From Eubacteriales bacterium (GTDB lineage: Bacteria; Bacillota; Clostridia; Saccharofermentanales; DTU023), in NCBI GenBank assembly GCA_030537525.1, contig JAUNVU010000001.1:84187-148186 (forward strand): a stretch of DNA of 64,000 bases, written 5' to 3'. The position numbers and the translations under genes were made by a program. A model generated the notes under the pieces. It searched no databases, was not told the origin of the DNA, and saw only the letters and a list, made by a program, of their open reading frames with translations. Shown here one piece after another: positions 49,437 to 58,647 of the stretch. Position 1 is the stretch's first letter, and each line of letters starts with the position of its first letter.

Positions 49437-50099
49437 ATGGACAAGATCAATAATTTAGTGTTGTTAGGGCCACCGGGTGCGGGTAAAGGTTCTGTTGCGA
49501 AACTTCTGACTGAATCCTTGAATTTGCCGCATATATCTACGGGGGCGATATTTCGTGAAGAGATTAAAGGTGAGACCGATCTAGGAAAAGAGGCCCAAGC
49601 ATATATGCAAAAGGGCGATTTAGTTCCAGATAGTTTGACTAATCAGATCGTCGTCAGGAGATTATCTAAGGCTGACTGTCAGAACGGCTTTATCCTGGAT
49701 GGTTATCCCAGATCAGTTGAGCAGGCGAGAGTGCTCTCTGAATTATTGGACGACCAGGGTAGGAAGTTACGAGCAGCTCTACTGATTTGGGCAGATGAAG
49801 AAGTGATTATCAACAGATTGTCAAAGCGACATCTTTGTGCGGATTGTGGTAGAGATTATAATCTTGACCCAGCTGAGATAGAGGCCGAATCTCTAAAATG
49901 TGCTTGCGGTGGCGAGTTAACTCGAAGAAGAGACGATGATCCAACAGCCATCAGGAAACGGCTGAAGATTTATAACGACAATAGCAAACCACTTCTCGAT
50001 TACTTTGAAGCCAGAGATTTATTAATCAAGGTGGTCAACGAGGATGATGGTCTGCAAGATACTGTTGAGGAAATTCTTCACAAGTTGAATACCAAGTAA
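49437..50099 (+). CDS. adk: Adenylate kinase
   Basis: LGPPGAGKG, GFILDGYPR, Cys-containing LID; ATG 49437 after AGGAGG. Confidence 0.96.
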   Translation: MDKINNLVLLGPPGAGKGSVAKLLTESLNLPHISTGAIFREEIKGETDLGKEAQAYMQKGDLVPDSLTNQIVVRRLSKADCQNGFILDGYPRSVEQARVLSELLDDQGRKLRAALLIWADEEVIINRLSKRHLCADCGRDYNLDPAEIEAESLKCACGGELTRRRDDDPTAIRKRLKIYNDNSKPLLDYFEARDLLIKVVNEDDGLQDTVEEILHKLNTK

Positions 50100-50112
50100 G
50101 AGAAGGATAATA

Positions 50113-50925
50113 ATGATTTATATAAAAACAGATGCCGAAATTGAGAAGATGAAGCTTGCAGGTAAGATAACAGCAGCGGTCTTCGATGCTGTCGAACCTC
50201 ATATCAAACCAGGTATCAGCACAGCTGAATTGGATAAGATTGCTTACAAGACGATAGTTGAGGCCGGAGCAAAGCCAGCTTTTCTGGGTTATGGTGAACC
50301 GCCTTTTCCTGGGACGGCCTGTATCTCATTAAATGATGAGGTCGTTCACGGCATCCCGAGTGAGAAGCGAATTCTTGCAGATGGTGATATTGTCTCTGTT
50401 GATGTTGGAGCAGTTATCGATGGTTTTTATGGTGATGCCTGCCGCACTTTTACTTGCGGCAACGTCAGTGATGAGGCCAAGGATCTTATTAGAACTTGCG
50501 AGGATTCTTTCTGGTTGGCCATTAGAGAAGCAAGGATCGGCAATAGAATCGGAGATATATCAGCTACAGTCCAGGAATTTGTCGAATCTAAAGGTTACGG
50601 CATAGTCAGAGAGCTAACTGGGCATGGAATTGGCAGACATTTGCACGAAGACCCTGATCTCTTAAACTATGGTCGAAGAGGGCGAGGAGCTAGACTTGTC
50701 AAGGGCATGTGTTTGGCGCTGGAGCCTATGATTACTCAAGGTAGTTATGATATTAAGCTACTTTCAGATCAGTGGACGATTTCAACCCGTGACGGTAAGC
50801 TCTCAGCACATTATGAAAATAGCTTCGCAATTTTGGAGGATGGGCCATACATTCTCACATGTCCAGGTTTCGAACGTCCTTTGGCAGCTGATTTCAAACA
50901 GCCTAAATCTTACTCTGATCGTTAA
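50113..50925 (+). CDS. map: Methionine aminopeptidase type I
   Basis: VVHGIP, DVG...GD, GHGIG..LHEDP, EPM, HYE. Confidence 0.97.
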   Translation: MIYIKTDAEIEKMKLAGKITAAVFDAVEPHIKPGISTAELDKIAYKTIVEAGAKPAFLGYGEPPFPGTACISLNDEVVHGIPSEKRILADGDIVSVDVGAVIDGFYGDACRTFTCGNVSDEAKDLIRTCEDSFWLAIREARIGNRIGDISATVQEFVESKGYGIVRELTGHGIGRHLHEDPDLLNYGRRGRGARLVKGMCLALEPMITQGSYDIKLLSDQWTISTRDGKLSAHYENSFAILEDGPYILTCPGFERPLAADFKQPKSYSDR

Positions 50926-50969
50926 TCAACAGGGGTTTACACTTGAGTTCAGGACAAGATGCTGTTAAA

Positions 50970-51272
50970 ATGTCGAGTGGAGCCTATTGGCTCGGCGCCC
51001 TAGTACGTTCTGAGGCAGGACACGATACAGGCCGAATCTACCTAGTTATTGGGTACGATTTGAATGAGTATACACAACGGCTATACTTGGTTGATGGAAA
51101 GTATCGTAAATATCTCGAGCCGAAGGCGAAGAACCCTAAACAGCTGACTTTTCTAGAACAGGTCCTTGATGATCGAGGATTCCAAGATTTACTGGAAGAG
51201 GATCTAGAATCAGGAGCCCGAGATAGGGAAGTCAGGAGGCTAATTAAGTCATACAAGAAGGAGAATGCATAG
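50970..51272 (+). CDS. KOW-domain RNA-binding protein (L14E/YbzG-like); start uncertain
   Basis: G.LVRS.AGHD.G, VDGK.R...PK.KN; conserved map-infA position. Confidence 0.75.
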   Translation: MSSGAYWLGALVRSEAGHDTGRIYLVIGYDLNEYTQRLYLVDGKYRKYLEPKAKNPKQLTFLEQVLDDRGFQDLLEEDLESGARDREVRRLIKSYKKENA

Positions 51273-51275
51273 AAC

Positions 51276-51494
51276 TTGGCAAAAGAAGATTTAATTGAAG
51301 TAAAGGGTGTAGTAGTTGAAACTCTACCCAACACCATCTTCATCGTTCGTCTAGAAAACGGTCATGAAGTACAAGCTCATTTGAGTGGTAAATTGCGTCA
51401 GCACTACATTAAGATTTTGACTGGCGATCATGTCACCCTGGAGCTCTCTCCATACGACCTCACCAAGGGAAGAATTACCTGGCGTTCTAAATAA
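51276..51494 (+). CDS. infA: Translation initiation factor IF-1
   Basis: [26 protein letters not shown]; TTG start. Confidence 0.97.
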   Translation: MAKEDLIEVKGVVVETLPNTIFIVRLENGHEVQAHLSGKLRQHYIKILTGDHVTLELSPYDLTKGRITWRSK

Positions 51495-51499
51495 AACGC

Positions 51500-51527
51500 T
51501 TGCATAATTCTAGAAAAATGCTATAAT
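51500..51527 (+). promoter_or_regulatory. Promoter of rpmJ-rpsM-rpsK-rpoA-rplQ
   Basis: TTGCAT-16 nt-TATAAT with extended TG. Confidence 0.7.
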
Positions 51528-51624
51528 ACCCTAGTATGTCTAAAAAAGGGGCGATTAAACTAGCCCTTTTTTAGCTGTCAATTAGCCCAAAACTGACTTG
51601 ATGTTAGGCAGAAAGGAGCAGTAG

Positions 51625-51738
51625 ATGAAAGTTAGACCATCCGTTAAACCAATTTGCGAGAAGTGTCGCGTTATTAAGCGTCACGGTCGGGTCATGGTGA
51701 TTTGCTCTGATCCGAAACACAAGCAGCGCCAGGGCTAG
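51625..51738 (+). CDS. rpmJ: 50S ribosomal protein L36 (missed by the ORF track)
   Basis: Translates [37 protein letters not shown]; AAGGAG SD. Confidence 0.98.
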   Translation: MKVRPSVKPICEKCRVIKRHGRVMVICSDPKHKQRQG

Positions 51739-51863
51739 TCTCTGACGCTACTTTCTTTTTGCCGGCTCGGGAAGCGGCTGGCCCCGAAGAGGGCACTTTC
51801 CCCGGCAAGCCATTTTTTATATATAGACAGGACAAATTTATTTAGGCACAGGAGGTGCAATTA

Positions 51864-52232
51864 ATGGCACGTATTGCCGGGGTAGACTTACCCAATGAAA
51901 AGAGGGTTGAAATAGGCCTGACCTATATCTTTGGTATCGGCCGCACAACCTCTAATCAAATTTTAGAGAAGACTGGTATCAATCCAGACACAAGAGTTAA
52001 GGATCTCAGTGAAGAAGAGATTACTAAGATCAGAGAGATCATTGACAATGAATATCACGTTGAGGGTGACCTGAGAAGAGAGGTTGCCATGAACATCAAA
52101 CGCCTGACCGAGATTGGCTGCTATAGAGGCCGCCGTCATCGTATGGGTCTACCTGTAAGAGGTCAGCGCACCAAGACCAACGCCAGGACACGTAAGGGTC
52201 CGAAGCGCACCATGGCCAAGAAGCGCAAGTAG
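51864..52232 (+). CDS. rpsM: 30S ribosomal protein S13
   Basis: [22 protein letters not shown]. Confidence 0.98.
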   Translation: MARIAGVDLPNEKRVEIGLTYIFGIGRTTSNQILEKTGINPDTRVKDLSEEEITKIREIIDNEYHVEGDLRREVAMNIKRLTEIGCYRGRRHRMGLPVRGQRTKTNARTRKGPKRTMAKKRK

Positions 52233-52242
52233 GAGGTATTAG

Positions 52243-52653
52243 ATGTCTAAGGTTAAACGTGGTAAGGGTCGCGCAGCAGCGAGACCTCGTAGAAGAGATC
52301 GTAAGATGGTGGAGAAGGGCCAGGTCCATATCCACTCAACATTTAATAATACAATTGTCACTATTACTGACTTGCAGGGTAATGCCATTTCATGGTCATC
52401 AGCAGGTGTGCAGGGAATGAAGGGCTCCCGTAAGGGAACACCATTTGCCGCTCAGCTATCAGCAGAACAGGCTGCCAAGACTGCTGCCGATCATGGCATG
52501 AAGTACGTAGAAGTATACGTACGTGGCCCAGGCTCAGGTCGTGAATCTGCTATTCGTGCACTCCAGACCGCTGGTCTTGAGGTGACAATGATTCGCGACG
52601 TTACACCCCTGCCGCATAATGGCTGTCGCCCACCGAAGCGCAGAAGAGTTTAG
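52243..52653 (+). CDS. rpsK: 30S ribosomal protein S11
   Basis: [21 protein letters not shown]. Confidence 0.98.
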   Translation: MSKVKRGKGRAAARPRRRDRKMVEKGQVHIHSTFNNTIVTITDLQGNAISWSSAGVQGMKGSRKGTPFAAQLSAEQAAKTAADHGMKYVEVYVRGPGSGRESAIRALQTAGLEVTMIRDVTPLPHNGCRPPKRRRV

Positions 52654-52687
52654 TAGTACCGCTTTTGATAGACCAGAGGAGGCTTAA

Positions 52688-53647
52688 ATGATCGAATCGA
52701 TCGTACCGCAAATAGAATGTCTGGAAATTAATGATAATAAGAGCAAGGCTGTGTACAGTGTCGAGCCCTTAGAACGTGGCTACGCCACAACTTTGGGTAA
52801 CGCCCTGCGTCGAGTTCTCTTGTCCTCTCTTCCAGGTTATGCTGTAACCGCTATAAGAGTCGAATCTGTCTACCATGAATTTTCGACTATACCTGGAGTA
52901 ATCGAGGATATGACCGAGATTATTCTGAATGTTAAGGATCTCAGGACCAAACTCAATGTTCCAGGTCCCAAGTCGGTCTACATCTCCAGTGAAGAGGGCT
53001 ATGAGGGCGTATTAACTGCTGGTGACATCGTTCATGATGACGAGGTCGAAATCATCAACAAGGACTTGCCAATCGCCACTTTGAATGGCAGCGGCAGACT
53101 GTTCATGGAAATGACGATCTCTGCCGGCGTTGGCTATAATAGTGCAGAGCGTAATAAGTGGCCCAATCAGCCAATTGGTGTCATTCCCATCGATTCAATT
53201 TTCAATCCAGTTCGTAGAGTAAACTTCCGTGTTGAAGATACTCGTGTCGGTCAGTTTACAGATTTTGACAAGCTGATCATTGAATTGGAGACCGATGGTA
53301 CAATGACTTGTGGTGATGCTATTAACTATGCTGCTAAGCACCTAATTGAGCGCTTCCAGATCTTTACGGAATTCAGCACTGATCTTAAACCGCAACAGGT
53401 TATGGAAGAAGAAGCTCAAGCCGAAGTCAGCGGCCTAATGGCCAGCCCAATCGAAGATCTTGACTTTTCAGTTCGTACTTATAACTGTCTCAAGCGTGCC
53501 AATATCAATACCATTGGTGACCTGGTTGCCAAGACAGAAGAAGACATGATGAAGGTCAGAAATCTCGGGAAGAAATCACTGGAAGAAGTGGTATCTAAAC
53601 TTAATGACAATAACCTAAGCCTAGCAGACTCTATAGATGAGATCTAG
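52688..53647 (+). CDS. rpoA: RNA polymerase subunit alpha
   Basis: EPLERGY.TTLGNALRR, SVRTYNCLKRA, RNLGKKS. Confidence 0.98.
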   Translation: MIESIVPQIECLEINDNKSKAVYSVEPLERGYATTLGNALRRVLLSSLPGYAVTAIRVESVYHEFSTIPGVIEDMTEIILNVKDLRTKLNVPGPKSVYISSEEGYEGVLTAGDIVHDDEVEIINKDLPIATLNGSGRLFMEMTISAGVGYNSAERNKWPNQPIGVIPIDSIFNPVRRVNFRVEDTRVGQFTDFDKLIIELETDGTMTCGDAINYAAKHLIERFQIFTEFSTDLKPQQVMEEEAQAEVSGLMASPIEDLDFSVRTYNCLKRANINTIGDLVAKTEEDMMKVRNLGKKSLEEVVSKLNDNNLSLADSIDEI

Positions 53648-53671
53648 GCCTGTAAATATTAGGAGGAAATG

Positions 53672-54196
53672 ATGTCTGGATATAGACAGTTATCCCGTCC
53701 CAGCAGCCAGCGCAAGGCGCTTTTAAGACAACAGCTAACCACTCTGCTGGTAAACGGAGAAGTCAAGACAACTAAAACCCGTGCACTCGAGGTACAGAGA
53801 ATGGCCGAGAAGTTAATCGGACTTGCCGTACGAGAGCACGAGAATTTTGAAGAAATAGAAGTTACCAAGTCACAAGCTAAGTTAGATGCTAAAGGTCGTA
53901 AGCTCTTGCAGACGGCAACATCTAAGGCAGGCAATAAATATGATAAGGTTGAGCGTGAAATGCTTACCGTGCAGATCAAGAAGGATCATCCATCACGCCT
54001 AGCAGCTCGACGCAAACTAATTTCTCAACTTTATGAGTATAAGAATGAGGATGGCGAGCGCATCAATACCGTAAACCATGTTATGGATGAACTGGCTCCC
54101 CGCTACAAGGATAGAAATGGTGGTTATACCAGAATGATCCGTCTAGGTCAGAGACGTGGTGACGCCGCAGAAATGGTCCTTCTGCAGTTAGTCTAG
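53672..54196 (+). CDS. rplQ: 50S ribosomal protein L17 (with internal insertion)
   Basis: R.LSR.SSQRKALLR, RNGGYTR, RRGDAA. Confidence 0.96.
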   Translation: MSGYRQLSRPSSQRKALLRQQLTTLLVNGEVKTTKTRALEVQRMAEKLIGLAVREHENFEEIEVTKSQAKLDAKGRKLLQTATSKAGNKYDKVEREMLTVQIKKDHPSRLAARRKLISQLYEYKNEDGERINTVNHVMDELAPRYKDRNGGYTRMIRLGQRRGDAAEMVLLQLV

Positions 54197-54217
54197 TTTA
54201 AGACTGATTATTAATTT

Positions 54218-54262
54218 AGGGATGTTACCATAAGTGACATCCCTTTTTTTTACATTTATACT
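54218..54262 (+). terminator. rplQ terminator overlapping a candidate ecfA promoter
   Basis: AGGGATGTTAC/GTGACATCCCT plus T tract; GTGACA(54234)-17 nt-TATACT(54257). Confidence 0.75.
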
Positions 54263-54273
54263 GCTATCTAGAG

Positions 54274-56034
54274 ATGAATTTTGCCAAGGCGATAAATTTA
54301 AGTTTTACCTATCCTCAGGCCGATAGTCCAGCACTATTGGATCTGAAATTCAATTTGCCAAAGGCTAGACATATTGCCGTTCTAGGAGCTAACGGTTCTG
54401 GAAAGTCGAGCCTGGCGAAACTTTTGGCGGCTCTTTACCAGCCTACTTTAGGTTCGCTCGAAGTTTTAGGCAGGGATTTAAATGATCCTGATGCCGCAGA
54501 TTATCTGAGGCATAAGCTAGCGATTGTTTTTCAGAATCCAGATAACCAAATTGTCGCTACGACAGTCGAGGAGGACATTGCCTTTGGTCCCGAGAATCAG
54601 GGCATTGCAAATCCTCTTTTACGCCAATTAGTTGATGATGCATTGGAGCTAGTAGATCTTACGGCTTATGCCCAGAGCGAACCGACTGAATTATCGGGCG
54701 GGCAGAAGCAGAAATTAGCCTTAGCTGGAGTGTTAGTAATGGATCCAGATGTTCTAATTCTCGATGAGGCTACCTCAATGCTTGATCCTGAAACTGCGAG
54801 GGCGCTGTTTAAATTTATAAAAGAGCTCTGTCGCCAGCGAGAAATTAATTTAATCAATATCACACATAATATGGAAGAAGCCCTAGAAGCAGATGAACTC
54901 CTTGTTTTAAAAGAAGGTAAAATTGGCTATCAAGGCTCTGTCAAGGATTTTTTTGTAGAAGACAATGTACGTTCATTTCATCTGCTTTATCCGCAGCATC
55001 TCTATTTATGGCGCGAAATTTTAAGAAGTATTAATAGTGCTGAGACGCCTTCTGCTTTGACCTTTTCTGAAGTAAAGGAAGCTATAATCAAACTCCTGGA
55101 TAAGCAAGCATTCAGCAAGGATGCGATTGACGCTTGTGAAAAGTACTTAAATTCAAGAGCTGAGATTCAAAGAAAGAGGAGTGAAAATTCGCCAGTAATA
55201 GAGGTTAAGGATCTATATTTTTCGTATCGTCCAGACTTGCCAATTAGCATAGATACTTTACGAGGCATTGACTTTGACTTAAGACAAGGTGAGATTTTAG
55301 CGGTCCTTGGTCCTTCTGGCGCTGGGAAGTCAACTTTGATGTTGCACCTCAATGCTCTTTTAAAATTGCAAAGAGGAGAGATTAAGGTCTTAGGAGAGCG
55401 TTTGGGCAAGCAAACTTCTTTAAAGAATTTGCGCCGAAAAGTGGGTCTGGTATTTCAATATCCTGAAAATCAATTATTTGCTGAAACAGTTTATAATGAC
55501 ATAGCATTTGGACCGCGACAGATGGGGCTTTCGGAAGCAGAGGTCAAGAGACGTGTTCTTGAAGCTTCATCGCTTGTTTCTATTGATGAGTCATTCATGG
55601 AGCGTTCGCCATTTGAGCTATCTGGAGGGGAGATGCGCAGGGTCGCAATTGCAGGCGTTGTAGCAATGGGGACTGAAATTATAGTGATGGATGAGCCTAG
55701 TGCTGGTCTGGATCCTGAGGGTTCTAGAGAGATAGTTAGACTTTTAAAGAAGCTTCGAGAATTGGGCAAAAGCCTCATACTCGTCAGCCATGATATGGAA
55801 GACGTTGCTGAGGTGGCTGATCGGGCGCTCTTACTCGAGGCTGGTCAGGTCCTGGGTTTTAGCAGTGCAAGAGAGCTGTTTAATCAACCAGAATTATTGA
55901 GTCGAGCCATGCTCTCAAGTACACCGCCACAGGAGATCATCCAGGCAATTAACGAGACCTATTCTCTGGATTTCAAGGTGCAGACAACTGGTGAAGCCAT
56001 TGATATTATAAAAATTCTTCTGGGGGCACAGTAG
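54274..56034 (+). CDS. Fused ECF transporter ATPase (EcfA1-EcfA2)
   Basis: Two NBDs: GANGSGKS/FQNPDNQ/LSGGQ and GPSGAGKST/FQYPE.QLF/SPFELSGG. Confidence 0.9.
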   Translation: MNFAKAINLSFTYPQADSPALLDLKFNLPKARHIAVLGANGSGKSSLAKLLAALYQPTLGSLEVLGRDLNDPDAADYLRHKLAIVFQNPDNQIVATTVEEDIAFGPENQGIANPLLRQLVDDALELVDLTAYAQSEPTELSGGQKQKLALAGVLVMDPDVLILDEATSMLDPETARALFKFIKELCRQREINLINITHNMEEALEADELLVLKEGKIGYQGSVKDFFVEDNVRSFHLLYPQHLYLWREILRSINSAETPSALTFSEVKEAIIKLLDKQAFSKDAIDACEKYLNSRAEIQRKRSENSPVIEVKDLYFSYRPDLPISIDTLRGIDFDLRQGEILAVLGPSGAGKSTLMLHLNALLKLQRGEIKVLGERLGKQTSLKNLRRKVGLVFQYPENQLFAETVYNDIAFGPRQMGLSEAEVKRRVLEASSLVSIDESFMERSPFELSGGEMRRVAIAGVVAMGTEIIVMDEPSAGLDPEGSREIVRLLKKLRELGKSLILVSHDMEDVAEVADRALLLEAGQVLGFSSARELFNQPELLSRAMLSSTPPQEIIQAINETYSLDFKVQTTGEAIDIIKILLGAQ

Positions 56035-56853
56035 ATGGACTTTAAAATTGGCCAATACTGGCCTAGCAATTCAATCTTTCATAGACTTGATGCGAGGGCA
56101 AAGATCTTTGCTTTAATTGTCCTTTTAATTGCCTTACTCCAGTTATCTGATCCCTTATCGCTTGCTATCTATACTGCTGTTTCTTTGGCTTTTTTAAAAA
56201 TTGCAAAAATTCCGTTTAAGATCTTATTACAGAGTTTTAAAAACGTTTTATTCATAGTTCTATTTGCTTTCTTCATGAATCTTTTCTTCAGACCTGAGAC
56301 TGAGCTAATAATTTGGCGATTAGGTCCTTTCAGACTTAGCCGTGAGGGCATAGCAACAGCTTGTTTGATGAGTTTGAGAATTCTGCTTCTTGTATTTAAT
56401 TCGACCTTTTTTCTTTCTCTGACAACTAGAGCCAGGGCGCTGGCTGATGCATTGGAAAAGTTATTGTCACCACTGAAGTTTTTCAAGATTCCTGTTGGAG
56501 AACTAGCTCTGATGATGTCCATCTCCTTGCGATTTATTCCAACTCTGATTGATGAAAGTGACAAGATTATCAAGGCGCAGGCTTCTCGTGGCGGTGATCT
56601 CGACAGTGGTAGTTTCTTAAAGAAGGCTAAGGCTTTTGTCATAATTTTGGTACCACTATTTGTTACGGCCATCAAACGAGCTGGAGACCTGGCTCTGGCA
56701 ATGGAAGTAAGGGGATATAAAGGGAGTGAGGGTAGAACTAGTCTCAATGAATCAAAATTGACGGTGCAAGATTATCTATTCATGTTTGCTATTTTGCTTT
56801 TGACTGGACTACTACTGCAGGCAAGATTTATTAACTTCAAGTGGTCCTTATAA
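56035..56853 (+). CDS. ecfT: ECF transporter transmembrane T component
   Basis: HRLDARAK, LRFIPTL, AQASRG, MEVRGY. Confidence 0.92.
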   Translation: MDFKIGQYWPSNSIFHRLDARAKIFALIVLLIALLQLSDPLSLAIYTAVSLAFLKIAKIPFKILLQSFKNVLFIVLFAFFMNLFFRPETELIIWRLGPFRLSREGIATACLMSLRILLLVFNSTFFLSLTTRARALADALEKLLSPLKFFKIPVGELALMMSISLRFIPTLIDESDKIIKAQASRGGDLDSGSFLKKAKAFVIILVPLFVTAIKRAGDLALAMEVRGYKGSEGRTSLNESKLTVQDYLFMFAILLLTGLLLQARFINFKWSL

Positions 56854-56881
56854 ATTGCTAATATATTGATGAGGAGGGGTT

Positions 56882-57847
56882 ATGAAATTTTATCTTAGTT
56901 ATGATATCGGAGGCACTAATCTAAAGGTTGCCATTATCGATGAGAATTTTCGAATTCTCGGAAAGAAGTCGACCAAGGCAAATGCCAAGGAAAGAAGTGG
57001 TGAGCAGGTCATAGAGGTCTCAATACAGCTTGGAAAAGACTTGATCTCTGAATTAGATTTAAATTGTGATTCTATGCTGGCTATCGCTCTGGGTGCACCT
57101 GGTTTAGTTGATGATCACAGTGGTAGATTTGTCAGGGCTTCAAACTTAAATTTTAATGATCTTGCGGTTCGAGATTTGTTCCAAAAAGAGTTTTCTAAGC
57201 CGGTATTCTTGATCAATGATGCTAATGCTGCAGCTCTTGCCGAGGCTGAACTTGGGGCAGGCAAGGAAACTGATACTTCAGTTCTGTTAATTCTAGGCAC
57301 TGGCCTAGGAGCTGGTATTTGTATAGATCATAAAATTTATACAGGCTATAGTGGATTGGCGTCTGAACTAGGTCATCATGTGATTGAACTGAATGGTAGA
57401 CCTTGCTCTTGTGGACGAAATGGTTGCTTTGAACAGTATTCCACAGCAGGGGCATTAATTCGGCTGACAGAAGAAGCTATAGAAGAAGAGCCTGAATCAA
57501 TTTTGGCGGCCGAGGTTAGGGATGCGGGTCGTGTCAGCGGGCATACGGCATTCTCGGCGGCTAAGAAAGGTTGTTCGGCTGCTGCAGCCGTCCTTGATCA
57601 GTATTACGAATATCTTGCTGAAGGTGTGGCTAACGTTATCAACTTTTTGATGCCAGAACTCATCATCATCGGTGGTGGAGTTTCTGGTGCAGGACAGGTA
57701 TTAGTTGATGGTATAGAAGCGAAGCTGGATGGGAAGGTTTTCACAGCTCCAGGCTGTCCCAAGACTCGTCTGGTTTTAGCTGCCATGGGCAATGAGGCGG
57801 GTCTTTTAGGACCAGCAATTTATGCTGCAACTGAGTTAAAGTGCTAG
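56882..57847 (+). CDS. ROK family sugar kinase (glucokinase-like)
   Basis: DIGGT, NDAN, GTGLG, ELGH, CSCGRNGCFE. Confidence 0.92.
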   Translation: MKFYLSYDIGGTNLKVAIIDENFRILGKKSTKANAKERSGEQVIEVSIQLGKDLISELDLNCDSMLAIALGAPGLVDDHSGRFVRASNLNFNDLAVRDLFQKEFSKPVFLINDANAAALAEAELGAGKETDTSVLLILGTGLGAGICIDHKIYTGYSGLASELGHHVIELNGRPCSCGRNGCFEQYSTAGALIRLTEEAIEEEPESILAAEVRDAGRVSGHTAFSAAKKGCSAAAAVLDQYYEYLAEGVANVINFLMPELIIIGGGVSGAGQVLVDGIEAKLDGKVFTAPGCPKTRLVLAAMGNEAGLLGPAIYAATELKC

Positions 57848-58647
57848 GACGCGATCTCGGATTTAAACTTGAGTTTTTGGGTAGCCGTTTTCACGGCTGG
57901 CAGTACCAGGAAAACGCCCCTTCAGTACAGGCGGCAATGGAAGAGGCCTGGCTGAGTTTAACGAGCGAGGAAAGGCGTTTTAAAGCATCATCGCGCACTG
58001 ATGCTGGTGTCTCTTCAAGAGGTTTGGTTTGTCAATGCAAATCAAATATGAAAATACCACTAGACAGGTTGCCGATCGCCTTAAATTATCATCTGCCAGA
58101 AGCCATTGTAGTTACTGAGGCCGTGGAATTGCCAAAGGAATTTTCTCTCAGACATCAAAGTATTGGGAAGCATTACATATATAGAATTTTTAATCGTCGG
58201 CTTCCTTCAGTATTTTTGGCAGATACCACTTATCACCACCCGCTACAGTTGAATCTAACGCCTATTAGTCATCTAAACAGGCTTCTTGAGGGTGAGCACG
58301 ACTTCCGAGCTTTTATGGATCAGGGAAGTCCTACACCTAGCACAATTAGACGGCTAGACTTGATTCGTTGTCGAAAAACTGAAAACATAATAGAAATTCA
58401 CGTGATGGGCTCTGGTTTTTTGTATCATATGGTGAGGATAATTGCAGGTACAGTGTTGGCTTGCGCCAGCAATAAATTGAGTCTAGAAGCAATTGAGGAA
58501 GCCTTTACTAAAGGTGACAGGACAGCTCTTGGAGCAACCTTGCCTGCTGCAGGACTGTGTTTAGAACAGGTCTTTTTTAAAGAAGAGCTCTTTGGAGCTG
58601 ATGATCAAGCTGCCTATGAAGGCAAGCTTAGAGAGTTGAGTAAATAA
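57841..58647 (+). CDS. truA: tRNA pseudouridine(38-40) synthase
   Basis: FHGWQ, SRTDAGV, FLYHMVR, GLCL. Confidence 0.93.
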   Translation: MLGRDLGFKLEFLGSRFHGWQYQENAPSVQAAMEEAWLSLTSEERRFKASSRTDAGVSSRGLVCQCKSNMKIPLDRLPIALNYHLPEAIVVTEAVELPKEFSLRHQSIGKHYIYRIFNRRLPSVFLADTTYHHPLQLNLTPISHLNRLLEGEHDFRAFMDQGSPTPSTIRRLDLIRCRKTENIIEIHVMGSGFLYHMVRIIAGTVLACASNKLSLEAIEEAFTKGDRTALGATLPAAGLCLEQVFFKEELFGADDQAAYEGKLRELSK

